This document shows positions 12,208-24,901 of a stretch of 64,000 bases of DNA, one piece after another. The number at the start of each line of letters is the position of its first letter. The stretch's first letter is position 1. Where the stretch lies: the NCBI GenBank assembly GCA_008632985.1, contig QPGO01000025.1, forward strand, positions 124,001-188,000, written 5' to 3'. Made by a program: the position numbers and the translations under genes. Source of the DNA: Psammoneis japonica (Eukaryota). The notes under the pieces were generated by a model. That model was not told the origin of the DNA. It searched no databases and saw nothing but the letters and a program-made list of their open reading frames with translations.

Positions 12208-13799
12208 AAAGCTTTCTCGCGCAAATTGGGTGTGCCGAACGAAGCCACAAACAAAACAAGTTGGAGCAAGAAGCACAGTCAGTGGTGCATGGACGTGAAA
12301 GAACATGGTCAGCATTGTGTGCCTTCAAGTGCTGAAAGTCGGAGTTGGTGTGATCACAAAAAGAAGCACTTCAACAGCCACAAAGCATTCATGGATGATG
12401 GAGGGTCCGATTTGGCATGGGACAAGAAGAGCCGCTGGAAAGGTTGTAGTTTGAACAACATGGAGCTCTTTGAAAAAATGATGCTCCAGCACCCTCGCCT
12501 CCCAACCAGCAACAAAGGCAAGAAAAAGTCAAGGACTGTCTCCCCCAAGGCAGGTGCCAGAACTGACACCCCCAGCAAAAACCAAGCCTTCTGTTTCATG
12601 GCTTCGTTCCTTTCCTTTGATTGAAATTTCATTGGATCAAAACAATGACAACAAAGCCCTTGTCCAAGCATTGTTTTGGCACACAGAGGAGCACCGAATC
12701 ATTGCCATGGAACAAAAAAATGACAATCATGGACGCTGTGCTGTGGATCTACACCACATGTCATTGGAAACAGCTGTGGTGAGAATGTGCTGCTTCATCA
12801 TCTTCCTTGTGCTGACTTTCGAGACTCATCCGTTTCACACATCTGCTTTGTTGAATTCATTGTAGCATGACAAACATGTGAAAACAGCGGGAGACATTCA
12901 GAAACACATTGCTGGAATTGGGCAGAAGACATGCTCTGCCCCTTGCATTGTTGAGAAGCAAATGAAAGGGATGACCCCAAATCAGTTGTGAAGCAAGAAT
13001 GTCATGAAACAGTGCACTGCTGCACAATCACCTTACCTTTCCGACCCACATGCCATCAATCCACACTGCCAATTCCAGAGCAGAATGCTGTGCAACCACA
13101 GTCACAGCAGCAGTGCTGACAAGAGCTGCAACAGTGAAACCTTGTGCATTGAGAAGCAGAGGTTCAGGCGTGATGAGAAGGCAAATGCCGATTTGGAATG
13201 AAACAAACCCAAACAACAGAACAACTCATTGGCATCTTGCACAACATGAAGTGGGCCATCCATGTTCATGAGAGACAAACATCACAACTTCATGAGTGCC
13301 AAACGGCATCTCATGGGAGCAGCAAAGGGCAGTTGCATTCAGGGACTTCTTGGGGGGGTGACAGTCGATGGCATTAGACTGCACTGAAGGATGCCCTTGA
13401 ACTCAGCACTCAGCCGCCGCACATCCCAGCAACGCAACTTTTGCAGTTGCTTCACTTCGTTCATCACTGTTCTGACAATGGGGCATCTCAGCAGACACCT
13501 TCTTGCATTGTTCTGCACAAGCATTAGCATGCCGCCCAACAGGGGACGATGTCTGGCCCGTCAGCTCCGAGTCTCCAGTCTCATTGTTGATGATTGCGGC
13601 AGTGAGTAAAGTGGCGATCGCTCTTTGTTTGCTTCGATGCAATCGTGATGTCACAGGATGATTCCAAAGAAATGACATGTCCATTCATGAATCAATTAAT
13701 GACATTTTTAGAAAGCCAACAGCCCACTTTCACATGGATGGGGTTGGCTCGCTGCCGACCATGTGCCAACCACACTTGTGACAGCAGGCATGGCAGGCA

Positions 13800-15200
13800 G
13801 CAAAAAAATGGATGATTGGCAAAAAAAAAACTCAGACCAGATGCTGCTGCTGCTGACGATTTGTTCAGTTGCCAATTTGAACAAGTCTGGTGTCAACATC
13901 AAGCTGCTCCATGCCTGTGCCATGGCCTTCCTTTGTCAGCCTGCAAACACAATGGATGATGGCAATGAGCCACTTTGCATCCATGAACCCCCCAAACAAC
14001 CACCAGAACACCAAAGAGAATTTGGTGCCAGGTCAACAATGCCAGTTGTGTTGACACTCCCAGGTGGTGTGACTGCTGTGGAACCTGCAAGACCAGCCAT
14101 GCATTTGCTGATGGAGAGTCAGTTGCAATGTGCTCTAAATGAAATTCTCTTCTTTGCTCCTTGTGTGTTGCAAATTGAATGAAGCCAACTGTGGGATGAT
14201 GGGCAACTGCTGCATTCCTTGCATTGCTGGTTTGGAAGTTGTGGGTGCTGATGCCCTGGCAAGTGCTTCAACTGTTGAGCAGATGAGAAAGGCACTTCCA
14301 GCTGAAAACATTCACAGTGCCACTGATCTTGATGCAATTGAGGTCAAAGAGCTGCACGATGCCCTGGTTGACAGTTGCCAGAATGACATTGAAGGCTTGG
14401 ACAGCACTCCATTTCCATTGCTGCCATCATCAGCACTCAATGACAGCACACCAAAGGAGAAAGCACCACTTGACTTTGTGGATGGCACACAGTTTCTGTG
14501 GATGGAAGTGCTGGAGAACTGTGACACATGCCAGGTCATTGACATTTTTGTGAAGCTGATTAAATTTGCATCTTTGGATGACAAGAAGATTGTTGCCAAC
14601 TTTGCATGTGCCTCCTGGCTTGGTGGTGGTGAGCAACTTGTGAAGCAATGTCACCATCATGCCATGTGATCCACAAAATCCTTTACTTCCATCTGGCGGT
14701 GGATGCATCTGTGCGCAGATGCTGATGCCTTGGGGAACAAGCCCGTGCTGCTCTAGCTTGATTGGGTGGTGGTCCAAGCTTCCATGAAAGATGAGTTTTG
14801 CAACACTCGCATCTGCATCGCTCAAGACAGGCTGATGGGTTGCAGTTGTTCTTGCAAATCTGGCTTGGCTGAGAAAGCAAGAGTGTGTTGTCTGCATTCA
14901 TGCACTCATTGAAATGGAACAGCTTTCCCATCTCTTGCCAGAAGGGTGTGTTGACAATGTGATTCATGAGCTTGCCATGTGGTGGGCAAACAGCAGACCA
15001 CTCAACTTGGACATGGGTGTGGAGGCACAAGTTGTCAGTGATCTGTGCCATCTGCTTGCTGTCATGGATGGATCAAAATTTTGCAGGGTTGATTGATCCA
15101 AACCTGAAACTTTCTGAGCTGCTGACAAAGTTTGATGCTTTTGCAGTTGGAACTGAAAAGAGCAAACCACCTGAAAAAAAGAAGAGTGGCAAGTCCAGCT
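13800..15200 (+). pseudogene. Decayed TE-like ORF with a SWIM-type zinc finger
   Basis: About 14772-14900 reads VQASMKDEFCNTRICIAQDRLMGCSCSCKSGLAEKARV..C.H (CxC...CxH pattern). Multiple frameshifts are present. Confidence 0.45.
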
Positions 15201-16407
15201 CCAGTGTGCATTGTGCATTTCCAGGAAGAAGCAAAGGTTTGCATCTCCTGTCCTTTTTAAGCATGATGCAACACTCAACAAAGAGGGTGCCGGGTGCAAC
15301 AAGCAAATGTGTGGCAATTTTGCCACGGTGGGCAAAACATGCAGGTTGCACACAAAGTTACATCAGGCAGCTTTTCTGTTCTTTTTGGCATGCCAAAAAT
15401 GATCACATGTGCAAACCAGCACCACCAGTCCTCAAATCTGCCAAAATGCAAGCTTTTGCAAAATCTCAAACATTGCTGATTTGCACAGATTTGTGTGCAG
15501 ACATGTGCCACCAGCATTCCACCAAATTGGCGCTTGTTGCAACACATCTCCTCCTGCCTCAGCATCAGAAATCACAAAACCAGGCTGACTGCAATGTGCA
15601 AAGCATGTTGTTCTTCATGTGTTGAAACCTCAGCATGTTCGAAATTGTCAAAATTGAAAGACTGGTTGAGTCACAGAGCAACTTGGCCCCAATGTCAAAA
15701 AAGGCCTGTTTCAACACAGCACCTGGGGCTGGAACAGGCCTGCTGCTCTGATCTGTCCTTCCTGCAAAATTCTTTCTAGTTTGTTTGCCTGATTTTTGTT
15801 TTTCTGCAGAGAGTGAAATGCTGTTTCTCATCATTGCACAAGCTCACAGTTGAAAAAATGTGGCAATTGGAAGCGGCAGCAATCACCAAACTCAAGCTCG
15901 CCCGGCCCCCACTTGCACTGCCCTCATTCGAAATCAACTTGGAGGGGCAACTTCAGCTTTCAGCTTTCACACGTCAATGAGAGATTCACTCTCAACTCTG
16001 GCACAAGCGTGCACAGACGATCTTCAACCATCCACTCTGACCTTGTCTGGCTTGCACTTTGCATGGTGATGCCCATCATGGCACAATCTTCAAGCTGGAT
16101 CTGCACAAATTCAACAATCCAAGGCGAGCCAAAATGTGCGTGTGTAGTGTGCCACTGCTTGGTTGGAGCTTGCTCTTGCTGCAGCTTGGAGGAGCAACAG
16201 CAGTTGAGTGCATTTTAAATGAAAAGTGCATCGGTGCCTGGTTCCCTCACTCATTTGCCTGCGTGATGCGCGAAACGACGCATGCTACGAGTAATGCCGG
16301 TGCCATACGACTTGCATTGTATGCGATACCGTGTTATTTTATCGTTAACATGTGATTGCGGACTTTTTTTAACAAATGAAAGTTTCACTACCTCCGCCAA
16401 CATAAAT

Positions 16408-17464
16408 TTAGATTCGCGGCAGTACAAAATTCGGTGGAATGAGAACCGCGTTGATTTCGTGATAAAGGCCGTTCGATGCCAGAACGGTATCTTCGACCAT
16501 GCTACTGTCGTTTAGGGTGATTTTTCCATCACTGTCAACCGTCACCGCAATGTCTTCTCCTTGGAGTGTACCTAGTGGGGATAAAATTGGTAGGAATGAC
16601 GTGGTAGGTCAATACCTCGGTCAAAGCATCTGGGTTGCTGCCGAGAAAATCGAGGATATCTTGAGGAACAGCATCAAAAGCGTCGTCGTTGGGTGCCATG
16701 ACCGTTTGACCTTCGGCTGTAGGGGGTCCAGTGAGCGCGTCGGTCAAACCAGCGGCCTCAACCAAACTGAGTAGAGTTGTAAAACTTCCATCCTCCGTGA
16801 GTCTCTCTGGGATATTCGAGGTAACACACGGAGGAAGAAGGACGCCCGTTGCAAGGCTATGGATGAATCCGTTAGACGCTTCAATGTCAGGAATAGATAC
16901 CGGAATACCGTTCACTGTTACAGTGTCTCCGCTGCGGTCAAGGTTCAGTTGGAAATCTGGTTGGGCCGAAGTTACCGTGAGAGGCCCAGTGATGGCATTG
17001 GAAGGAACAGCGGTGGTAAGAACGTGACCTAAAAGCACACATGCGAGGTGATTTGTCCACGGCTCGGAGACGAGAAGTTCGACCGCGCCATTGGGGAGAG
17101 TGGCAAAAGCGGTGTCCTCCGGAGCGAACAAAGTAAGATCCGCGTCTTCGTTCCCCAAAGTTTCGGCAATGGCAGATGGGGCAGCGAGAACTGCTGCTTC
17201 AAGTGTGTTATGAATATCGGAATCAACAACGATCTCAAGAATGGTGGGACCCGGACTCGGCGGAGTAGGAGCTGACATACTGGCGCCTTCTTCAAGGAGC
17301 CTTTCCCAGAGGTTGCTTTCTTCTTGCCACAAGCCGGATTCTTCAAACCCCAACGACTCCTTCGCATTACTGTAATCTCGCTTGCTTCCGACATGGCCGA
17401 TTCTGGCTGAAGATGCCAGAACGCAGCTTGAAGCCAACAGAGTCGTTAGAATCTTCATTTTCAT
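16408..17464 (-). CDS. Secreted fasciclin (FAS1) domain protein with two FAS1 domains, frameshifted near 16573
   Basis: Signal peptide, LTLFAPEDTAF, DIEASNGFIH, TVMAPNDDAF and LTYHVIP. The second domain finishes in another frame (GTLQGEDIAV...VLASNGLYHEINAVLIP, TAA at 16408-16410). Confidence 0.9.
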
Positions 17465-17824
17465 CCTTAACTCTACTCACAAACAATCAAATGAGGAGTG
17501 CGGGAAAAAACGTCGAGTGCGCTTTACGAGAAATTCAAAACGCAACAGCAATTTCGAAATTTTTGGCACATGACATGAAAGAAGAAAAAAAGCTGATACT
17601 ACTACTTGGGTAAATTATAAACTTAGCTGAATGTATGTCTATGTTCGTTGTCGACCATGCGCACGGCAGCCTATCCTGTCCGTTATGCATAATCGATCTG
17701 GCTGTACAGCTGACATTACTGTGTAATCAAAGCTGTACATATATTATGTTTTTTAGATGCAGTACTGTAGCATTCCGATCCTCTATTGCTTTCCGTTGGT
17801 ACGATTTTGAATCTTTTTACCGGC

Positions 17825-20800
17825 GCATTGCATGTGCAAGCAGAAGGCAAGCAGGATGACCGTTGCTGACAGTGCAGTGTGCAACATTGTTGAATGGTGC
17901 CGATTTTGTGTTGTTGTGAAGTTGAAAGAAGTTGCAAGAAACAGCTGCAGACCACCATGGTGACTTGCACAAACGACCATGTCATTTCATGTGGACTCTT
18001 TTTTCATGTGGCTCAGTGCACAACAACATCAAATCCACTCAGCTGACATTGCCATGGTTCTGTGAGCGGTGCTGTGTGATTTTCAACTTCACAAAATTTG
18101 CATGAGTCTAAAATGCATTTCTTGATTGACCTCACACATGCAACCTTTCCAACATTTGGCCACATGATGCCAGTTGATCCATGATTTTCCCAACATGTGC
18201 TGGTGTCAGAAAGCAGCTTGGCTTGCAGTCAGCATGATCATCATGTGGTGTGAAAAAGCCTTGTTGGCATCAAAGCATCTGCCCACCAGTGCCACGCATC
18301 ACTGGTGCTCTCTGCCACAAACAACAAATGAAACAAAAATCAAATTCATGTGCCTTTCATTGTCACATTTTTTGGCTGGGAAGGAAGCACGGGCAGATGA
18401 TGTGTTTTCAACTCTCAGGCAAAGCCTGTGTGTGTGAGAACATGACAATGTGTCCTTCTTCCCTCCATCACAGTGCAATTTTTGCCAGGAAAATTTTGCT
18501 CCACCCACACCCACAGCTCATGTGTTTCCCCAATTTTTCACATCTCATTTCATCAGATCTGTCCATTTTTGGCAACTGGCCCATCTTCTTCATTGCTTGG
18601 AGGGTGGAGCATTGGAAAGAGAGATCTTCTAGAGGACTTTTGTCAGAAAATGACACAAAACTGCGATTGTTTTCTGTGCAACTTTGAGCCACTGTTTTGC
18701 AGTTTCTTTTGTTGCTGGGTTTGACTCTTTTGAAGGAAGTGCCACATTCTTCATTGCACGAAAAGCTCACATGAAAAAATGACACTCTCTTCTGGCCTCA
18801 CGCATTTGATCAGAAAAATTGGGAGAACTGACTTGCATGTGTGTTCCTCCTGTGTGTTTCTGTGCAATCAGCTGTCTCAAAAGTTAACCTGTGTGGGAGT
18901 CTTGAGCAAATTGTGCATCAATTGTTGTCACAGCACTGGCCATTTTGATGTGTGTTGAGCAATTGAGTGATTTGCTTGCAGAAACAGATGTGTTGCAGCA
19001 AGACATTCACAGAGTTTTGAATGGCCAGGTCACTTGTCACCATTTCTGCCACAAAGTCTTCATTTTGATGCTCTGTCCCATCACTCTTCTGAAGTGAAGA
19101 TGGCTGTGGTGGAGTGGTGGGAGTTGATGCATCTGTTGTCAGAATGACATTGGGGGGGGGGGGGGGGGGCTTTGAGAGGATGCTCATGTTGAAGCTGGTG
19201 CTGCAGGAGATCTTTCTTCCTTTTCCATGGGTGCCATGAACAGTTGAGTTCCTCATCCTCTCAATGTGCTGCAAATGATGTGGCTTGTGCTGTCACATTC
19301 ATGGAGAGCTTGCTCTGTTGTCACTCAAACTGAGTTGCAGTGATAAATTTTGATGCTTGGGTCTGTTGCTCTTCTGTTCTGGAGATGACTGAAGTGCAGT
19401 TTGAGGTGACAGATCCATGCTCATCTGAGAGAAATGCCTTTTCCTCTCTTTGTCCTTCTGTTGCTTCACAAGCTTTTGACTCTGGTTGCTCTCTTGTTCC
19501 TGTTTCTCTTCTTGGTGTCAGCCACTGAAAAATGATGCTTGTCATGCAAAAATGACATGGTTGTGCCATTGGCAGAATGGCTTTGAAATGGACTTGTGAC
19601 AAGACCCCAGAAACACACCCTGGCAGATGCAGAGAGGGTGCACAGTGCACAGCATGCAAAAGCACAAGTTGGAAAGCAAGTGCACCCTGACCAGACAAAC
19701 AACCTAAAACAAGTGCTGGTGCCAAGATCACTCCTGCTTTCAATGGTCCTCTTTCCTCCAACATGAGGGCTTTGTCCAATGTTGGCTGCTTGTCCCAGCC
19801 TTCTCCAGCCTTGTGCTTGCTTGTGTCCTCTCCCCACTGAGCCAATGACTCTGTCAGCTGTGCCTCCCTCTTCTCATTCCAAGTCAGCAACACCTCCTCT
19901 TGCCCCTCAACAATGCCCACACTTTCCTCCACACCCACACATCCCTTGGTTTCTTGACCGCTTGTCTTCTCTTGGCCCTCCCTTTGGCATCATCCTCAAT
20001 TTTTCCAAGACCAACAGGATGCCAACCTCTGCCCCAACCCCCTGACCCCAGCAATGATCTCGTTTTGTCTGCCCCAAAGTTGCTGCCAGCACCCTGTTCC
20101 TTGCCAGACAACCCACATCAGCTCCAATTTCTTCTGAGCCAAAGACACTTCATTTGCCCAAGCCCTCTTGTGCCTCACTGCCTGCCTCAAATGCACAAGC
20201 AAACCCAAAGCACTTCTTCTGCCATGCACCACCTCCTTCTTGCTGCCAACACATGCGGCACTGCAACTGTCAGCCTTCCAAATTTCCAGACCTCTTTCAT
20301 GATTGGACCTCTCTTTTTGCAGACACCATCACAGGTCACTCCTTCCACTTCTTTTCTTGCCTCACTGCCCCACCCCTTCAATTCTTTTGACTGTGGCCCT
20401 GCTTGTCACCTCCCTCCCAGCCTTCTTCCTGGGAGGCAAAGGTGTTGCCATGACACTGTCACACCTCAGCTGTCACTTCTGTCCTGATTTCTGACCCACT
20501 CTCTCTGCTTTGCCAAACAGGGCACATCTCTCACCCTGGCAACCACTGCTTTTGTCTTCCAGCCAGCCACTCCTTTGCCCTCTCCTCTTGGACCAACCCA
20601 TGCTCCACCCTTTGCCTCCAGCATGCCATCATCTTCTGCTTCCTCACCCCTGCCCTTTTCTGACTGGACTTCTCTGTCTGCAGCTCCCTCTCATCTGCTG
20701 TGCCCAACCACAATGTTCAAGGCTCAGCCCAATGTGCCCATCTGCATCACCAACAAGACACTCTTTTCATGCTCCCAAATCACCCGGGACCTTTGGTTGG

Positions 20801-23800
20801 TTCTTCCTTTCCTGCCATCCCTGCTGACCAGCTTTTGTCTGCTCTCACCATCCCAACAAGCTTGCCCAGCAGCCAAGCAGCTCTCTTTCTCCCAATTTGC
20901 CCTCCTCCTCTGAAAGCTTTGCCTCCCCGCCACTCCCCTTGACTTTCAGCATTTGACCTGCCATTCTGGCCACTGCACCTGGGATCCTGTTGGAGACCAT
21001 GCTTTTGCCTGCTCAAAGATGCACAAAAGCCCCCCTCTCCAACCACATTTGAGACAACATTCATGCTGTTGTCAAGTCCCTTGGCCCTCTCTCCAGCCTT
21101 TGCCACTCTTGTTGCCACCACATCTTCCTTGAGCCAACCAGTTTCCTCCCCAGCTGCCCACCCAAAAGATCTGCTGGTGCAGGTGTCCATCTTCTTGTCC
21201 CTGGCTCTGACCCTCCCAGTGCCCCCTCTGCACCAAAACTTCCATGCTGTTGATGTTGCCATGCCCGTGGCTCCTCCCTGCTGTGCACCTGGTTTGCCTG
21301 CACCCCAGCCTTCTTGCCAAGGCTTGCCTCAGCAGTGCCCAGGATAAGCTCTTCAGTTGCAACACACTCCCAATGCACTCCAGTTCCAGATGGGACCTTG
21401 CACCACTGCACTGCCACATCAATGGTTTGTTGGATTGCACTGTGTGTTGCATGCCTGTGCTTCTGCATGTCTTTGGTAAAATTTTGCTTTGTTTTGCAGT
21501 GCAATTGTTGGGCAATCCATTGGCAACTTTTGATGTTTCTCAAGGAGGGGGGTTGGCCCATGTTCGTCAGAGCATGCATTGCAGTGATTGAGGCTGCCTG
21601 TCTCACAGCAATTTTTGACCTTTTCATGGGTGACATTTTTGCACCCTCCAGTGACAAAAGCATGTTTCACTGTGAAACAGCCACCCATTTTCCATGTGAG
21701 AGTGCCCACCCTGTGTCCTTGCAAAACCTTTGAAAATTGAAATCATTTGCATTGCAGCATTTTATTTTGTCATTTGCACTTAAGCTGCCATTCAGTGCTG
21801 ATGGCAACAAAGGACCCCAAAGGGGAAAGATGTTGCCTCACCTGGAACAATGGGGCAGCCCCACAGACAACATCACAAGAGAACACAAATTCACCACAGT
21901 CAAGCAACAGCTGCCAGATGTGCTCCCAGTCTTTCACCACAAGCCCAGAGCAATGAAGAGAGTGCAGAGACTCAACAAGGCAATGTGAGTGCCAGTGCAC
22001 AATGTCAAGTGCCCAGCTCTGCCCCTGCAACTCAAAGAAAACATGCGTGAGCTTGTCAACATGATGGGATTCCAAGGCATCACAGCAGAAAGGCTCAAAC
22101 TGTTGTGGCATGACACTGTGTTGGACCATCTGGCAGCAACACCAAAAAAGCAAGTGGTCAGTGCAGTGCTGCAAGGACTGATCTTTTGGCAGAGCAAAGG
22201 GCACAAGAACTGCAGATGCAAGAGGTCTCACTGGCCAAGCAGAGATGCTGCCAACAGCACTCCTTGCAAGAGTGGATGCTTGGAGCTGCATTTGCAAGAG
22301 GAGGAATGTTGCACCAGCAGAAAGCATGAACATTGTGAGAAGCAGAGCCACAATGGAGTGTGACTTCCCTTTTTCTGTTGACACTTGCCAAGAAGCAACA
22401 GCTTCACTTGAGAACACCAACAATCAAAGAGAGCAAGTCTTGGAGCATGTGTGAGTGCTGCTTTCCCTGTCCTGGTGAAGCAGCAATTTGCATTGAAGTT
22501 GCTCACAGAAGACCACAGAAGCTGCCACAGAACCCCAGCAAACAAGATCCGTTCTGGCAACAAGTTCTGTCCAGGTGTCCTGGCAATCACAAGGAAACAA
22601 GTGCAAACATCAGACAAGGGTCAGGGGAAACTTGTGATCAAAGCATGAGGGCTCCTGTGTAGAGCACTGAAGAAAGCACATGAAGGTGTGTGCAACATCC
22701 AACAAATCCCTTGCATGGAAGGCACTGGACATGTTGAGAAACCACACAAAGACAGTTCAGCACATGTGGAAGCCACACCTTTGACTTTGGGACTCCACAA
22801 GACCACCAATGGCCACTGACTTGCCAAAACTGGGAGATTCATTGCACACCTCAGTGACAAAAATCTTGGGTTGCAATCCTTGAGCAAAAAGTGTGCATGT
22901 CAAGAGCCTCGATGGACCACCTGCTGAATGAGCAGCAGCACTGCCAATGACCAACTCTGGAGTCAGAAGCAAGACCAACTCCCAGTGGATGCAACAGAAA
23001 CACTTGAGAAAGCATGTGAGGAAACAAGCAACCTGCAATGATTCTGGATGCAAAACTCTGGCATGTGTGGTTGTGCCAATGCTGCAGAAAAGTTTATAAA
23101 GAGGCTTGTCACCAGAGGTCACCACAACCAAAATGCCATCTGTGACCATTTTGTGGAGCTGCAGAGTGGATGGATTAATGCCCTCAGCAACCAGACTCCA
23201 CATGCTCAGCATTGTTCTTCTGCAAGTGGGGGGTGTTGCCCAAGAGGTGCGCTGATCTGACATGCATGCAATGACATGCTGGCTCAGCATTCTGGATGAC
23301 TCAACAGATTTATGATGGCATGCTTGCAACCATGAAACTCAAGAGATGCCCCAATCAAAGCCTGTCTTGACAAGCCAGAAGGGCAGCAGGTCTCACAATG
23401 CATTGAACTGCTGTCATCAGCTGATTGGGCAATGGTTGTCAATTGGCAACAACACGCAGAATGCACATGAATCACAACAGCACGCACTCTTGCTTTTCAT
23501 TGTGTGGGCAGAGGGTGTGCTGTTGTGAAGTGTGCAGAAAATTGCACAAAAAAAGCTGAAAATGCCACAGACCATCAGGCTGTGCAAATCTGGGAGGCAT
23601 GAAGAACAATTTGTGATGGGGGTGTGTGTGCATGTGCATGGCTGAGGTGGGCTGCACACATGCAAGGACACACATGCAAGTGGGAAGGACAAAGTTAAAA
23701 CCAAGCTCAGCTGACGACCATCAAAAGAAAAACTGCGTGTCACAAAAAAGTGTCAACCCCAATTGAGTTGAACATTGCATGCATTTGATCACAGCTTGCA

Positions 23801-24745
23801 TCAGAAAAGCCACTTGTTGAGACACATCAGATGAAATGCACACAGAGCCAGTGCATTTTGTTGAACACCATTGCCGACATTGTTCAAATTCAACTGGTTG
23901 ACAATTTCAACAATGAATGTGTGGGCATTTGCAAAGGAAAGCACTGGAGACCCCCAGATGTTGTGCCCTCTGATGATCTTCCTGGAATTGCTGTGGCACA
24001 TTTGAGTGAGGTTTTTCACAGTGTTCATTTCTGAATGCAAAAATCACCCACACTCACACCCCTAATTGCGTGCAAAAACAAGATCATCAGGCACCATGAT
24101 GAAAGCACAATGGTGATGGCAACCCCCAAAATGCAGTGGTCTGTCCACAAACATTTGGTGTGTGTGTGACCTTTGATGCACAACGAACATGTGACAGATC
24201 ATGAGAGTTGGCAGACAGACCACCTCCGTCACAGACTTGACTCATGGCTTGACATTTTCAGTGTGGTGAAGCAACACTGTGAAATTCAGGAAAAGTCATG
24301 CAAATCATGAGCCACCCAGGCAATTTTGAGCTGAAAACGTGGCAAATGACCCCCCTTGAATGTCTCAAGCATGGTGCGGGGCAGGTGGATGATCAAAAAC
24401 TTTGAGCATGGGCCTGGACAGGTGCAAATGTGCTGAAAACTTGGTTGTTTGCTTGATGTTGAAGACAAACACATCCATCACTTAAATTCTTGTGCTGCAG
24501 AGCTCACACGCAGGATTCTGCAGGCCCAGCAATGTCACACGGAGTCCCACCTGTCATGCCATTTGATGTGAAAGGTGATTTTCAACCTTGCTTTTGGAGT
24601 CAAGGCCGTGTCGTCAACAATGAGGGCAGCTGAAAGACTTCGTCGGCACCATTGCAATGTCTAAATAATTTGTGGCAAGATAATGAAAAGAAGGCCTCTG
24701 TGTCGGAGCTGACACAAGGGATTGCACTTCTTAGTGAGGATGAAA
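17825..24745. other. TpA/CpG-depleted repeat domain 2 (decayed unclassified TE; includes a copy of repeat 1868-2505 at 19619-20215 and a poly-G tract at ~19152-19169)
   Basis: TA is nearly absent, ORFs are fragmented and Tyr-poor, and the composition returns abruptly to normal at ~24750. Confidence 0.88.
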
Positions 24746-24901
24746 AGACTACCTAGAGCACAACACATTCACACTGTTTTTTTCCCCTCAAGAATATGCT
24801 AAACATAAGCTGTTTGTCTATATGTACAAATCTATAGCTCGCATTTGCAGGCAACCAGTATGCTTCGCCGTGGGCAAACAAGTTTTACCCAACAAGCTCC
24901 A

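Larger units (their letters stand above)
1330..16280. other. TpA/CpG-depleted, TpG/CpA-rich repeat domain 1
   Basis: TA is very rare over ~15 kb and ORFs are nearly Tyr-free and Cys/His-rich. Boundaries are approximate (within 100-200 bp). Confidence 0.9.

Noticed and set aside
5026..16494. 450 bp inverted repeats as TIRs of an 11.5 kb DNA transposon
   Set aside because: The right arm is the coding 3' end of the fasciclin gene and no target-site duplication is visible, so this is a gene-fragment duplication.
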